Of a stretch of DNA of 64,000 bases, positions 25,627 to 35,300 are shown piece after piece. This stretch comes from an uncultured Bacteroidales bacterium. Its GTDB lineage: Bacteria > Bacteroidota > Bacteroidia > Bacteroidales > Bacteroidaceae. A program made the position numbers and the translations under genes. The notes under the pieces were generated by a model. It did not search any database. It was not told the DNA's origin and was given only the letters and a program-made list of their open reading frames with translations. The first letter of the stretch is position 1. Each line of letters begins with the position of its first letter. Location: positions 15,124 through 79,123 of the forward strand of contig CAMYYY010000005.1 in the NCBI GenBank assembly GCA_947303715.1, in the 5' to 3' direction.

Positions 25627-27990
25627 TTATCTTCTTAGGAGTTTCATCGGGGCCTGAGGCTTCAGCACATCATTCACCTTCGTCTTCTGTGCCTTAACGG
25701 CGGCAGGAAGCGTGGCTTTGATGTCTTGGGCTGAGGCTCCGATGAGGAACTGGTATTCGCCCTCGTCTACCACCCATGCCGAGGCGTCAGCATCGAACGA
25801 GGCCAGGTCGGCAGCTTTCACAAGGAGCGTCAGGGTCTCGCTCTCGCCAGGCTTCAGCAGTTTTGTCTTGGCAAAGGCCTTCAGTTCCTTGGCCGGCTTG
25901 TTGGCAGCCTTGCTGTCGGGGGCAGCAACGTAGAGTTCCACCACCTCCTTGCCTTCGCTCTTGCTGGTATTCTTTACGGTAACGGTTACCTCGAAATCCT
26001 CGCCTTGGGCGGCTAGTTTGGCGTTGCTGTATTCAAACGTGGCGTAGCTCAGGCCATATCCGAAAGGATAGCTCACGGGCACGTCGAACGAGTCGTAGTA
26101 GCGATAGCCCACGTAGATGTCTTCTTCATAATCTGTATAATCGACGTTGCGGACATCGGAACTCTTCTTGCCCTGATTCATCATGTCAATGCGAGGATCC
26201 TGGTCGATGGGGAAGTTCTTCGAGGAGTAGGCATCGGTAAACTTCACAGGCCATGTCATGGTGAACTTGCCTGAGGGCGTCTGCCTGCCGCTGAGTACGT
26301 CAACCACGCTATTACCGCCCTCCTGGCCTGCCTGCCATGCGCAAAGGATGGCATCAGGCAGATCCTTCCACGAAGCGGTCTCGATGACGCCACCGATATT
26401 CAACAGCACGACCACCTGCTTGCCGGCCTTGTGGTAGACATCGCACACCTGACTGATGAGCTGGCGCTCGGAGTCGCTCAGGTTGAAGTCTTTCTCGCTG
26501 CGGTCCATGAACTCGCCGGAGATGCGGCCGAGGGTAATGACTGCGATGTCGGAAGCAGCTGCCTGTTTTTTCAGTTCGTTGGCCGTGAAAAGCTTCTCAG
26601 CGGGTAAAGGACGCGGCATGAAGCGGAGCAGCATGGCGTTACCAGGGTTGTTCTTTGCCGCAGCCTTGATTTCCTCCTCGGTTTTCTTTTTGCAGTCGGC
26701 GGCATAGGCTTCGTAGGTGGCCTTCAGCTCCTCTGAAACGGTATAGCCGCCGTTTTTCAGGCCGTCGAGGAGGGATACGACGTAGGCATGGTTCACGTTA
26801 CCGGAACCCGTGCCGCCGGCGATGAAGTCGTAGGAGGTGTTGCCGTAGAGGGCTACGTTCTTCACGCTCTTGGCGAAGGGCAGCGCCTTTTCGTTCTTCA
26901 TCAGCACCATGCCTTCGGCAGCCGATTGGCGCGTCACTTCGGCATGGGCCTTCAGGTCGGGTTTGTTCGAGAACTGATAGCCCTGGAAGCGCGGGCTCTT
27001 CTCCACGAGGTTTAAGATACGGGCCACGTTTCGGTCGAGGTCAGCCTCTGCGAGTTTGCCGCTTTTCACGCCAGCCACGATGGAATCGAACTGTTCGGCC
27101 TTGCCTGGTTGCAGCATGTCGTTTCCGGCCCACATCTGTATGGCGCCGTCTTTTCCGCCGAACCAGTCGGTCATCACGGTTCCCTCGTAGCCCCATTCAT
27201 CGCGAAGGATAGTCTCCACAAGTTCTTTGCTCTCAGAGGTGTAGGTGCCGTTTATGTAGTTATAGGACGTCATTACCGTCCATGGCTTGCTCTCCTTGAT
27301 GGCAATCTCAAATCCCTTCAGGTAGATTTCGCGGAGGGCGCGCTGGGAGATGTGCGCATCGTTGTTCATACGGTTGGTCTCCTGATTGTTGGCTGCGAAG
27401 TGCTTGATGCTTGTGCCCACATCGTTCTTCTGCACACCCGTAATGTAGGCCGCCGCGGTTTTTCCGGCTACGAGGGGATCCTCGGAGTAGTATTCGAAGT
27501 TTCTTCCGCAGAGCGGGTTTCGCATGATGTTCAGGGCAGGAGCCAACAGCACGTCGACGCCATATTCCTTCACCTCTTCGCCAATAGCCTGACCCACCTC
27601 TTCGATGAGTTGGGTGTTCCAGGTCGAGGCGAGTAGCGTACCGATGGGGAAGTGTGTGCAATAATACGTAAGAGAGTCGTTTCTGCGGATGGGGTCGATG
27701 CGGAGTCCGGCAGGGCCGTCGGCCAGCACGATGGCGGGAAGGCCGAGAGCCTCAAGAGGGTAGGTGGTGCCGGCAGCACCCGGTACGAGACTGCGGGTAG
27801 CGCCGATGACAGCATCGTTGCCGCTAAAGCCAGCCATGCCGGTACCGATGACGAAATGAGCCTTGTCTTCGAGCGACATCTTGGCTAGCGTCTCTTTTTT
27901 GCTGATGGTTTTCTTGGTCACAGATTTGTCTGCGGTCGTACAGCCTGATAGGATGGCTACGGCGAGAAGGAACAAAACAGTTTTTTTCAT
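25627..27990 (-). CDS. Glycoside hydrolase family 3 beta-glucosidase/beta-xylosidase-like lipoprotein
   Basis: 787 aa with lipobox LSGC. It has GH3 N-domain motifs (GPAGLRI, KHFAANNQE, VMTDWFGG nucleophile region) and C-terminal Fn3-like GYGLSYATFEY. Confidence 0.92.
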   Translation of the reverse strand: MKKTVLFLLAVAILSGCTTADKSVTKKTISKKETLAKMSLEDKAHFVIGTGMAGFSGNDAVIGATRSLVPGAAGTTYPLEALGLPAIVLADGPAGLRIDPIRRNDSLTYYCTHFPIGTLLASTWNTQLIEEVGQAIGEEVKEYGVDVLLAPALNIMRNPLCGRNFEYYSEDPLVAGKTAAAYITGVQKNDVGTSIKHFAANNQETNRMNNDAHISQRALREIYLKGFEIAIKESKPWTVMTSYNYINGTYTSESKELVETILRDEWGYEGTVMTDWFGGKDGAIQMWAGNDMLQPGKAEQFDSIVAGVKSGKLAEADLDRNVARILNLVEKSPRFQGYQFSNKPDLKAHAEVTRQSAAEGMVLMKNEKALPFAKSVKNVALYGNTSYDFIAGGTGSGNVNHAYVVSLLDGLKNGGYTVSEELKATYEAYAADCKKKTEEEIKAAAKNNPGNAMLLRFMPRPLPAEKLFTANELKKQAAASDIAVITLGRISGEFMDRSEKDFNLSDSERQLISQVCDVYHKAGKQVVVLLNIGGVIETASWKDLPDAILCAWQAGQEGGNSVVDVLSGRQTPSGKFTMTWPVKFTDAYSSKNFPIDQDPRIDMMNQGKKSSDVRNVDYTDYEEDIYVGYRYYDSFDVPVSYPFGYGLSYATFEYSNAKLAAQGEDFEVTVTVKNTSKSEGKEVVELYVAAPDSKAANKPAKELKAFAKTKLLKPGESETLTLLVKAADLASFDADASAWVVDEGEYQFLIGASAQDIKATLPAAVKAQKTKVNDVLKPQAPMKLLRR

Positions 27991-28035
27991 AGGGCGTTAT
28001 AATTTATCAATAATGTTAATCATGGTTAGAGAGTG

Positions 28036-28104
28036 CAAAGATAGTTCAAGCCGAGCGAAAAAGCAAATATTATTTGCATTTTCTCTTGCCTTGCACTATC
28101 TTTG
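28036..28104. promoter_or_regulatory. Compact bidirectional promoter (prototype of the cassette family)
   Basis: The palindrome GCAAATATTATTTGC gives two back-to-back -33 boxes (28064-28067 minus, 28073-28076 plus). Each is followed after 20 nt by TATCTTTG (28036-28043 minus, 28097-28104 plus). Confidence 0.75.
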
Positions 28105-28125
28105 TCGCCGTTTTTAGAGTAGAGT

Positions 28126-29358
28126 ATGAAGCGATTTGTTTCAATAGCTTTGGCGTGGTTGCTGACGCTGGCAGCATGGGCGCAGACGGATAGCGTGGCT
28201 GTGGCGCAGGATAGCCTGATTGTCGCGCCGGATAGTGCGGTTGTGGCGTTGCCGGATACGGTTGTAGCGTATGTCCCTCGTGTGAGCCTGCTGACGTGCA
28301 GCCCTGCCGCTGAGGTATGGCAGCAGTATGGGCATACCGCCATCCGCTACGAGGATACCGAGCAGGACATCGACGTGGTGTTCAACTACGGGCTGTTTGA
28401 TTTCGATACTCCCCATTTCATCTGGCGTTTCTGCCTGGGGCAGACGGACTACATCGTGGGCGCCGAGATGTACGATTCTTTTAAAAAGGAATATATGGAG
28501 CGTGGCTCGTCGATTACCGAGCAGGAACTGGCCCTCACGCCGCAAGAGGCAGACCGCCTTTGGAATCTTCTTGCCCTGAACTGCCGCCCTGAAAACCGTA
28601 CCTACCGCTATAATTTCTTTTACAACAATTGCAGCACAAAAGCCCGCGACATCATCTATCAGTCGTTGGGTCAGCCTGTCAGCGTGGCTCGCACGGATTC
28701 CGTCAGCCTGCGTACCGTCCTCCATACTTACAATTCGGCCTATCCCTGGGCCTCGTTCGGCATCGACTTGCTGCTGGGTACCGAAGCCGACCGTCCCGTT
28801 CCTCACGATTTGCAGGAGTTCGCCCCGCTCAATCTTGAAGAGAGTTTTGCAAGGGCAACAAGGAGTGGGGGAGAACTGTTCGTGTCGTCTACCACCGTCA
28901 TTCAGCCTACAACGTCCAATGTCTCCCAAAGAGGCTTCCCCCTCACCCCTGTGCAGCTGATGATAGTAGTGCTGCTGATTACGGCTATAATATGCACGCT
29001 TGAGCTGCTGACGGGGCATCGCAATTGGTGGTACGACATCGTGCTCTACGGCACGCAGGGCGTGGCGGGGCTCATCGTTGCCTTCCTGTTCCTTTTCTCC
29101 ACCCATCCCGCAGTAAACTCGAACGTGCTGGTTATTGTGCTGAATCCGCTAGTGCTGGTGTTGCTACCCTTCCTGCTGCGCCAGTCGCGCCGTCGCACAA
29201 TGCCCTGGGCGGCCTGGGCGGAAGTGGGGCTCATCGCCCTCTTGGTTGTGGTATGGCTCTTCGTGCGTCAGGACATTCCCGTTGCGGCATGGGTGTTCTT
29301 CGGCTCGCTTCTCCTCCGTTCCGTACACCATATCATTCGTGCTTCGCACAAAAAGTGA
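28126..29358 (+). CDS. DUF4105 (Lnb N-terminal periplasmic domain) membrane protein
   Basis: 410 aa with VSLLTCSPAAEVWQQYGHTAIRYED...VVFNYGLFDF and C-terminal TM helices. Confidence 0.8.
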   Translation: MKRFVSIALAWLLTLAAWAQTDSVAVAQDSLIVAPDSAVVALPDTVVAYVPRVSLLTCSPAAEVWQQYGHTAIRYEDTEQDIDVVFNYGLFDFDTPHFIWRFCLGQTDYIVGAEMYDSFKKEYMERGSSITEQELALTPQEADRLWNLLALNCRPENRTYRYNFFYNNCSTKARDIIYQSLGQPVSVARTDSVSLRTVLHTYNSAYPWASFGIDLLLGTEADRPVPHDLQEFAPLNLEESFARATRSGGELFVSSTTVIQPTTSNVSQRGFPLTPVQLMIVVLLITAIICTLELLTGHRNWWYDIVLYGTQGVAGLIVAFLFLFSTHPAVNSNVLVIVLNPLVLVLLPFLLRQSRRRTMPWAAWAEVGLIALLVVVWLFVRQDIPVAAWVFFGSLLLRSVHHIIRASHKK

Positions 29359-29366
29359 AAGATAAA

Positions 29367-30992
29367 ATGCTCCGAATAACGAAAAATGAAGAATTAAAAA
29401 TGAAAAATAGGATGTCACATAAGCCGTTTCCCATCTGCAAGGCTATTTATTTTTTATTCTTCATCCTTCAATTTTCAATCTTCAATCTTCAGTTTCCCAT
29501 CTCCGCCTCTGCCCGTACGCCTCGTCTGGTGGTGGGGATTGTGGTTGACCAGCTGCGTTCGGACTATGTGGAGAAATTCTCCTACCTCTATGGCGAGGAT
29601 GGGCTGAAGCGGCTGTGGAGCGAAGGAACCGTCTATGTGAATGGCGGCTACGACTTCATCTCCCCCGACCGCTCGTCGGCTACCGCTTCCGTCTATGCCG
29701 GTACGGAGCCCTGCTATCACGGCATCATCGGCAACCGCTATCTCGAGCGCAAGACGCTGAAGGTGAAGGCCTGCACGGACGATGCCGCGTTTCGTGGCAT
29801 CCATACTGCTGAGAGCACTTCGCCCTCGGGCATCCTCGTTACCACCCTTGCCGACGAACTGAAAATCGCTACGGGAGGGCGCGCCACCATCCTCTCCATT
29901 GCCCCTGAGCGCGATATGGCCGTACTTGCCGGCGGACATGCTGCCGATGCCGCCCTCTGGCTCGATGATGCCGAGGCCATGTGGGCCTCCTCGACGTTTT
30001 ACGACGGCGTGCCCTCGTGGGTGAACCTCTATAACCGTCGCTCAAACTCGCCCTACGACTTCAAGTCGCTGAAATGGACGCCCTACTATCCGCAGTCGTC
30101 GTACCGCGACCTCCCCGAAGAGTCTGCCAAGGACTTCTGCCACACCTTCACCTCCAAGAGCGTCAGCCGTTACAAGACCTCTGCCATCGTCAACGACGAG
30201 GTGACGCAGCTGGCCAAGACCTGCGTTATCAGCTCCCCCCTGGGGCGCGACGACCGTCCCGATTTGCTCTGCGTGGGTTATTATGCCGGAGTCTACGACC
30301 ATCAGGCCGAGGCGTACGCCCCGCTGGAGCTTCGCGATATCTATTGCCGTCTCGACCGTAACATCGCCGATCTCATTCAGACTGTCGAGCAGCATGTGGG
30401 GCTTGACAACGTGCTGTTCTTTATCACCTCCACGGGCTACAACGATGTCCATCAGCCTGCCGTCGGAGCCTACAATCTGCCTACAGGTGAGGTGCGCATG
30501 GAGCGTTGTGCGGCCCTGCTGAACCTCTATCTAGGCGCCATATACGGCTCAGGCAACTGGGTGGAGGCCTCCTACCGGAACCAAATCTACCTTAATCACG
30601 CCCTCGTCGAAAGCCTCCAACTGAAGCTGCGCGACGTGCAGGAACGCTGCTCGGAGTTCCTTGGGCAGATGAGCGGCGTCACCCGTGTTTATACCTCCAC
30701 GGAGCTGATGGAGGGCGACAGCAGCCCTGCCGTACGTGGCGCGTTCCATCAGGGACGCTCAGGCGACATCCTGCTGGAGATAGCCCCGGGATGGTCGTTG
30801 GTGGATGAGCGCTGGGGCGAGACTGTTTGGTCAAGCCGCGCTCTCGTGCCCGTCCCTGTGGTGTTCTTCGGCAGCGATGTGGCAGCCATGAAAACGAGCG
30901 ACCCCGTTTCCGTTAACGCTATTGCCCCCACGGTAGCCTCGCTGTTGAAAATGGGCATCCCCAACGCCTGCTCCGCCAAGCCGTTGTTCTGA
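29367..30992 (+). CDS. Alkaline-phosphatase-superfamily (nucleotide pyrophosphatase/phosphodiesterase-like) exported protein
   Basis: The track ORF starts at 29025 inside the upstream gene, which I rejected. In-frame ATGs are at 29367, 29400 and 29412. The mature part begins RLVVGIVVDQLRSDYVEKF. Pairing with DUF4105 is common in Bacteroidales. Confidence 0.7.
   Translation: MLRITKNEELKMKNRMSHKPFPICKAIYFLFFILQFSIFNLQFPISASARTPRLVVGIVVDQLRSDYVEKFSYLYGEDGLKRLWSEGTVYVNGGYDFISPDRSSATASVYAGTEPCYHGIIGNRYLERKTLKVKACTDDAAFRGIHTAESTSPSGILVTTLADELKIATGGRATILSIAPERDMAVLAGGHAADAALWLDDAEAMWASSTFYDGVPSWVNLYNRRSNSPYDFKSLKWTPYYPQSSYRDLPEESAKDFCHTFTSKSVSRYKTSAIVNDEVTQLAKTCVISSPLGRDDRPDLLCVGYYAGVYDHQAEAYAPLELRDIYCRLDRNIADLIQTVEQHVGLDNVLFFITSTGYNDVHQPAVGAYNLPTGEVRMERCAALLNLYLGAIYGSGNWVEASYRNQIYLNHALVESLQLKLRDVQERCSEFLGQMSGVTRVYTSTELMEGDSSPAVRGAFHQGRSGDILLEIAPGWSLVDERWGETVWSSRALVPVPVVFFGSDVAAMKTSDPVSVNAIAPTVASLLKMGIPNACSAKPLF
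29380..29466. repeat. Palindromic (AATGAAR)n element, copy 1
   Basis: The left arm is AAATGAAGAATTAAAAATGAAAAATAGG and the right arm is GCTATTTATTTTTTATTCTTCAT. It overlaps the 5' end and signal-peptide codons of the phosphatase gene. Confidence 0.8.
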
Positions 30993-31008
30993 ATTACCTG
31001 AGTTTTTA

Positions 31009-31092
31009 ACGCAGGGGAATGGCGGCTCAGCGCAGGGGAATAAAAAATTAGCGCAGGGGAATGAGGAATTAGCGCAGGGGAATAAAGTGGGT
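31009..31092 (-). repeat. Four TTATTCCCCTGCGCT motifs at exact 21-bp phasing (minus orientation)
   Basis: GCAGGGGAA starts fall at 31011, 31032, 31053 and 31074. The array lies between convergent genes. Confidence 0.9.
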
Positions 31093-31145
31093 CAATGAGG
31101 CGAAAAGCAGGAAAAGACTAAGACTTAGGTAAGGTTGCCTTAGTG

Positions 31146-31607
31146 CTATTCCACCACGTGGTGGTCGATGTCGATGAGGCGCATGGCGCGGTTGAAGGTG
31201 AGCTCGGTACCGTCGGCAAGGTCGATTTCGAATAGACGACGGTTGTGTTCGTACTTCACGATGTCCTTGTCGAGATAAAGCTGGCGAACCTGCTGCAGGA
31301 TGTTGGCGGGGATAACTTCGTCGGGCACCACAGAGCCGGGTTTCTTGCACTCAATCTCGGTACAGACGCCGTTGCGGTCGAACTGGAGGTCGATGCCGCC
31401 CTTCAAGTCAACGTTGTACTGCATGAGGCTGGCGCGTTTCTCGATGGTGATATCCTTTATTTTCACATCGCTATAGTGCTTCTTGATGAACTCCTGAGCC
31501 GGAGCGGGGAGGGCTGTAAGGGGGACGGACTTGTCCTGACGGTCGTGGGACGTATTGACACAGCCGACAAAAAGGCAGAGAAGAAGGAGAGAAAACAGCT
31601 TTTTCAT
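31146..31607 (-). CDS. PepSY-like (DUF2874-type) lipoprotein
   Basis: ATG 31607 (MKKLFSLLLLCLFVGC lipobox) is preferred. It follows a TACCTTTG -7 box (31641-31648). It has two PepSY-like repeats (PAPAQEFIKKHYSDVKIKDI..., PANILQQVRQLYLDKDIVKYE...). Confidence 0.6.
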   Translation of the reverse strand: MKKLFSLLLLCLFVGCVNTSHDRQDKSVPLTALPAPAQEFIKKHYSDVKIKDITIEKRASLMQYNVDLKGGIDLQFDRNGVCTEIECKKPGSVVPDEVIPANILQQVRQLYLDKDIVKYEHNRRLFEIDLADGTELTFNRAMRLIDIDHHVVE

Positions 31608-31742
31608 GACAATTATTCGATGGAGTGATAAAGTTAGGTGCAAAGGTAGTATTTTTTTTGCTATGGCACGCTTTTTGTGTAAAGAATTATGAAAAAATGG
31701 GTCTTTTTTCCAAAAAACGGCTCGGGATTGAGAATATTATTG

Positions 31743-31750
31743 TAATTTTG
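31743..31750 (+). promoter_or_regulatory. -7 box TAATTTTG upstream of secA
   Basis: Matches TAnnTTTG. The leader to ATG 31841 is about 90 nt. Confidence 0.45.
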
Positions 31751-31840
31751 CACGATATTGCCGAAATGAAAATTCAGAATTAACAATTGACATTGGTACG
31801 ATTAACCATTCAAAACTGACAAAAAACAAGAAAACAGAAT

Positions 31841-34800
31841 ATGGGATTTAACGATGTAATCAGCAAATTATTTGGAAATAAGAGTACGCGTGACATGCGC
31901 GAGATACAGCCTTGGGTAGAGAAAGTCAAGGCGGCTTATGCCGAGGTGGAGCAGCTCTCGAACGATGACCTCCGCGCCCGCACGATGGTGCTGAAGGCCC
32001 GCATCCTGGCATCGGCCGAGGAGGACAGGGCTAAGATTGCCGATTTGAAGGCGAAGGTGGAATCCACGGAGCTGGAAGACCGCGAAGCGCTGTTCAACCA
32101 GATTGACAAGCTGGAGAAGGACGTCCTCGAAATCTACGAGAAGGCGATGGACGAGGCCCTGCCCGAGGCGTTTGCCATCGTCAAGGAGACCGCCCGACGC
32201 TTTGCCGAGAACGAGGAAGTCGTCGTCACGGCTACGGACTTCGACCGCGACCTCTCCATCACCAAGGATTTCGTCCGCATCGAGGGCGACAAGGCCATCT
32301 ACGTGAACCATTGGCAGGCAGGCGGCAACGAGACGGTGTGGAATATGATTCACTACGACGTGCAGCTCTTCGGCGGCGTCGTCCTCCACAAGGGAAAGAT
32401 TGCCGAGATGGCAACGGGTGAAGGTAAGACCCTCGTGGCTACACTCCCCGTCTTCCTCAACGCCCTCACGGGCAACGGCGTCCATGTGGTTACCGTCAAC
32501 GACTACCTGGCCAAGCGTGACTCGGAGTGGATGGGCCCGCTCTACATGTTCCATGGCCTGAGCGTCGATTGCATCGACAAGCACCAGCCCAACAGCGAAG
32601 CCCGTCGCAAGGCGTATTTGGCTGACATCACTTTCGGTACGAACAACGAGTTCGGCTTCGACTACCTGCGTGACAACATGGCCTCGAGCCCCGAAGACCT
32701 CGTCCAGCGCTCTCACAACTTCGCCATCGTTGATGAGGTGGACTCCGTGCTTATCGACGATGCCCGTACGCCCCTTATCATCAGCGGCCCTGTGCCCAAA
32801 AGCGAGGACCAACTGTTCGAAGAGCTCCGTCCCTACGTGGAGCGTCTGGTGGAGGCACAGAAACGCCTTGCCACCCAGCTGCTGGCTGAGGCGAAGAAGC
32901 TCATCCCCTCTGAGAAACCCGAGGAGGTGGAGGCGGGCTTCCTTTCGTTATTCCGCGCCTTCAAGGCCCTGCCAAAGAACAAGGCCCTCATCAAATACCT
33001 CTCCGAGCCCGGCATCAAGACTGGCCTTCTGAAGACAGAGGCCATCTACATGGAGCAGAACAACCGTCGTATGCCCGAGGCTACCGACGCCCTCTATTTC
33101 GTCATCGACGAGAAGCTCAACTCCGTGGATATGACTGACAAGGGTACCGACCTCATCACGGGCAACATGTCCGACAGCACCTTCTTCGTCCTGCCCGATA
33201 TTGCCGCCCAGCTCTCGGAACTGGAGGGACAGCATCTGCCCGACGAGGAACGTCTGCAGAAGAAGGACGAACTGCTCACCAACTACGCCATCAAGAGCGA
33301 GCGCATCCACACCATCAACCAGCTACTCAAGGCCTACACGATGTTCGAAAAGGATGTCGAGTACATCGTCGATGAGGAAGGGCATGTGAAGATTGTCGAT
33401 GAGCAGACGGGCCGTATCATGGAGGGCCGCCGCTACTCCGATGGTCTCCATCAGGCCATCGAGGCCAAGGAGCGTGTGAAGGTTGAGGCTGCCACGCAGA
33501 CCTTCGCTACCATTACCCTGCAGAACTACTTCCGTATGTATCACAAGCTGGCGGGTATGACCGGTACGGCTGAGACGGAGGCAGGCGAGTTCTGGGACAT
33601 CTACAAACTAGATGTGGTTGTCATCCCCACGAACAAGCCCGTCATCCGCAACGACATGAACGACCGTGTCTATAAGACCAAGCGCGAGAAGTACAAGGCC
33701 GTCATCGAGGAGATTGAAAAGATGCGCAACGAGGGACGTCCTGTACTGGTGGGTACCACGAGCGTCGAAATCAGCGAGATGCTGAGCCGTATGCTTGACA
33801 TGCGCAAGATTCCCCACAATGTCTTGAACGCCAAGCTCCACCAGAAGGAGGCTGAGATTGTTGCCCATGCCGGCGAACGTGGTACGGTCACCATCGCCAC
33901 CAACATGGCGGGTCGTGGTACGGATATCAAGCTGACGCCCGAGGTGCGCGAGGCAGGCGGTCTGGCCATCATCGGTACGGAGCGTCACGAGAGCCGCCGT
34001 GTGGACCGTCAGTTGCGCGGACGTTCCGGACGTCAGGGCGATCCGGGCTCCAGCGTCTTCTACGTCTCGCTTGAGGATAACCTGATGCGCCTCTTCGCCA
34101 GCGACCGCATCGCCTCCGTCATGGACCGCATGGGATTCAAGGAGGGCGAGATGCTGGAACACAAGATGATCAGCAAGTCCATCGAGAATGCGCAGAAGAA
34201 GGTGGAGGAGAACAACTTCGGCATCCGTAAGCGTCTGCTTGAGTACGACGACGTGATGAACAAACAGCGCTCGGTGGTCTATACCAAGCGCCGTCACGCC
34301 CTCATCGGCGAGCGCCTCGGCATGGACATCAGCAACATGATCTGGGACCGCTGCGTGGAGGCCATTGAGAATAACGACTACGAGGGCATCAAGGAGCAGC
34401 TCTTCCGCGTCCTCGCCATGGAGACGCCCTTCACCGAGCAGGAATTCCACGATACCCCCGCTCAGGAGCTGGCCGAGAAGACCTTCGCCCAGGCTATGGA
34501 GAACTTCAAGCGCAAGACCGATACGCTGGCAGGCATCGCCAACCCCGTCATCCAGCGCGTCTATGAGGAGCAGGGCAACCGCTACGAGAATATCCTCATC
34601 CCCATCACCGACGGCAAGCGCCTCTATCAGATTCCCGTCAACCTGAAGGCTGCCGCCGAGAGCGAAGGCAAGGAGGTGGTGAAGTCGTTCGAGAAGGCCA
34701 TCATGCTCCATGTTATCGACGAGGCCTGGAAGGAAAACCTCCGCGAACTGGACGAACTGAAGCACTCTGTGCAGAACGCCTCGTACGAACAGAAAGACCC

Positions 34801-35152
34801 GCTGCTTATCTTCAAGCTCGAGTCCGTCAACCTGTTCGACGCGATGGTCAACAAAATCAACAATCAGACCGTCAGCATCCTCATGCGCGGACAGATTCCT
34901 ATCCGCGAACCGGAACAGGTGCGCGAAGCCCCTCCCCAGACGCGCGCCCAGCGCCGTCAGCAGTACCACGAGAACAAGGGTGCCGCTGCCGAGTCGCTTA
35001 CCGACCGCAACCAACAGAACGCTGCCCGTCAGGACACGCGCGAGCAGCCTGTCCGTCAGCCCATCCGCAAGGAGGTTACCGTGGGGCGCAACGATCCCTG
35101 CCCCTGCGGCTCCGGCAAGAAGTATAAGAACTGCCACGGACGGTTTGCGTAA
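31841..35152 (+). CDS. secA: Preprotein translocase ATPase SecA
   Basis: 1103 aa with [14 protein letters not shown] (Walker A), [31 protein letters not shown] and the C-terminal Zn-finger [14 protein letters not shown]. Confidence 0.98.
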   Translation: MGFNDVISKLFGNKSTRDMREIQPWVEKVKAAYAEVEQLSNDDLRARTMVLKARILASAEEDRAKIADLKAKVESTELEDREALFNQIDKLEKDVLEIYEKAMDEALPEAFAIVKETARRFAENEEVVVTATDFDRDLSITKDFVRIEGDKAIYVNHWQAGGNETVWNMIHYDVQLFGGVVLHKGKIAEMATGEGKTLVATLPVFLNALTGNGVHVVTVNDYLAKRDSEWMGPLYMFHGLSVDCIDKHQPNSEARRKAYLADITFGTNNEFGFDYLRDNMASSPEDLVQRSHNFAIVDEVDSVLIDDARTPLIISGPVPKSEDQLFEELRPYVERLVEAQKRLATQLLAEAKKLIPSEKPEEVEAGFLSLFRAFKALPKNKALIKYLSEPGIKTGLLKTEAIYMEQNNRRMPEATDALYFVIDEKLNSVDMTDKGTDLITGNMSDSTFFVLPDIAAQLSELEGQHLPDEERLQKKDELLTNYAIKSERIHTINQLLKAYTMFEKDVEYIVDEEGHVKIVDEQTGRIMEGRRYSDGLHQAIEAKERVKVEAATQTFATITLQNYFRMYHKLAGMTGTAETEAGEFWDIYKLDVVVIPTNKPVIRNDMNDRVYKTKREKYKAVIEEIEKMRNEGRPVLVGTTSVEISEMLSRMLDMRKIPHNVLNAKLHQKEAEIVAHAGERGTVTIATNMAGRGTDIKLTPEVREAGGLAIIGTERHESRRVDRQLRGRSGRQGDPGSSVFYVSLEDNLMRLFASDRIASVMDRMGFKEGEMLEHKMISKSIENAQKKVEENNFGIRKRLLEYDDVMNKQRSVVYTKRRHALIGERLGMDISNMIWDRCVEAIENNDYEGIKEQLFRVLAMETPFTEQEFHDTPAQELAEKTFAQAMENFKRKTDTLAGIANPVIQRVYEEQGNRYENILIPITDGKRLYQIPVNLKAAAESEGKEVVKSFEKAIMLHVIDEAWKENLRELDELKHSVQNASYEQKDPLLIFKLESVNLFDAMVNKINNQTVSILMRGQIPIREPEQVREAPPQTRAQRRQQYHENKGAAAESLTDRNQQNAARQDTREQPVRQPIRKEVTVGRNDPCPCGSGKKYKNCHGRFA

Positions 35153-35190
35153 ATTGAAGATTGAAAATTGAAGATTAAAGATTGAAAACA
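35153..35190. repeat. (GATTGAA)n heptamer spacer (inverse of the TTCAATC family)
   Basis: AATTGAAGATTGAAAATTGAAGATTAAAGATTGAAAAC lies directly after the secA stop. Confidence 0.9.
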
Positions 35191-35194
35191 GTCT

Positions 35195-35300
35195 GGAATG
35201 AAGAATAAAGAGTTTTGTATGCAGCATTCCGACGGCCTGTCTCGCATACGACGTGCCGCTTGCAAGGCTCTTTATTTTTCTTTTTTCATTTTTTCCTTAT
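35195..35300. repeat. Palindromic (AATGAAR)n element, copy 2
   Basis: GGAATGAAGAATAAAGAG ... TGCAAGGCTCTTTATTTTTCTTTTTTCATT. The right arm is about 25 nt similar to copy 1 (TGCAAGGCTATTTATTTTTTATTCTTCAT). Confidence 0.75.

Noticed and set aside
29025-29366. The track start (29025) would give a 655-aa phosphatase overlapping the DUF4105 gene by 334 nt.
   Set aside because: The overlapping N-terminal 114 aa are Arg/Gly/Ala-rich junk read from the other frame of a well-supported gene. In-frame ATGs at 29367, 29400 and 29412 follow the upstream stop.
33608-35227. Very long antisense or alternate-frame ORFs. Examples are 33608-35227 (539 aa, antisense to secA), 57185-59086 (633 aa), 37299-38858 (519 aa), 43510-44886 and 43257-44666, 58999-60162, 61099-62160, 40028-41161, 9389-10609, 28141-29106, 17341-18213 and 15151-16026.
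   Set aside because: Each overlaps a gene with unmistakable family motifs on another frame or strand. Their translations are low-complexity and rich in Arg, Gly, Ala, His and Pro. This is the usual stop-codon-poor shadow-ORF artefact of GC-rich coding DNA.
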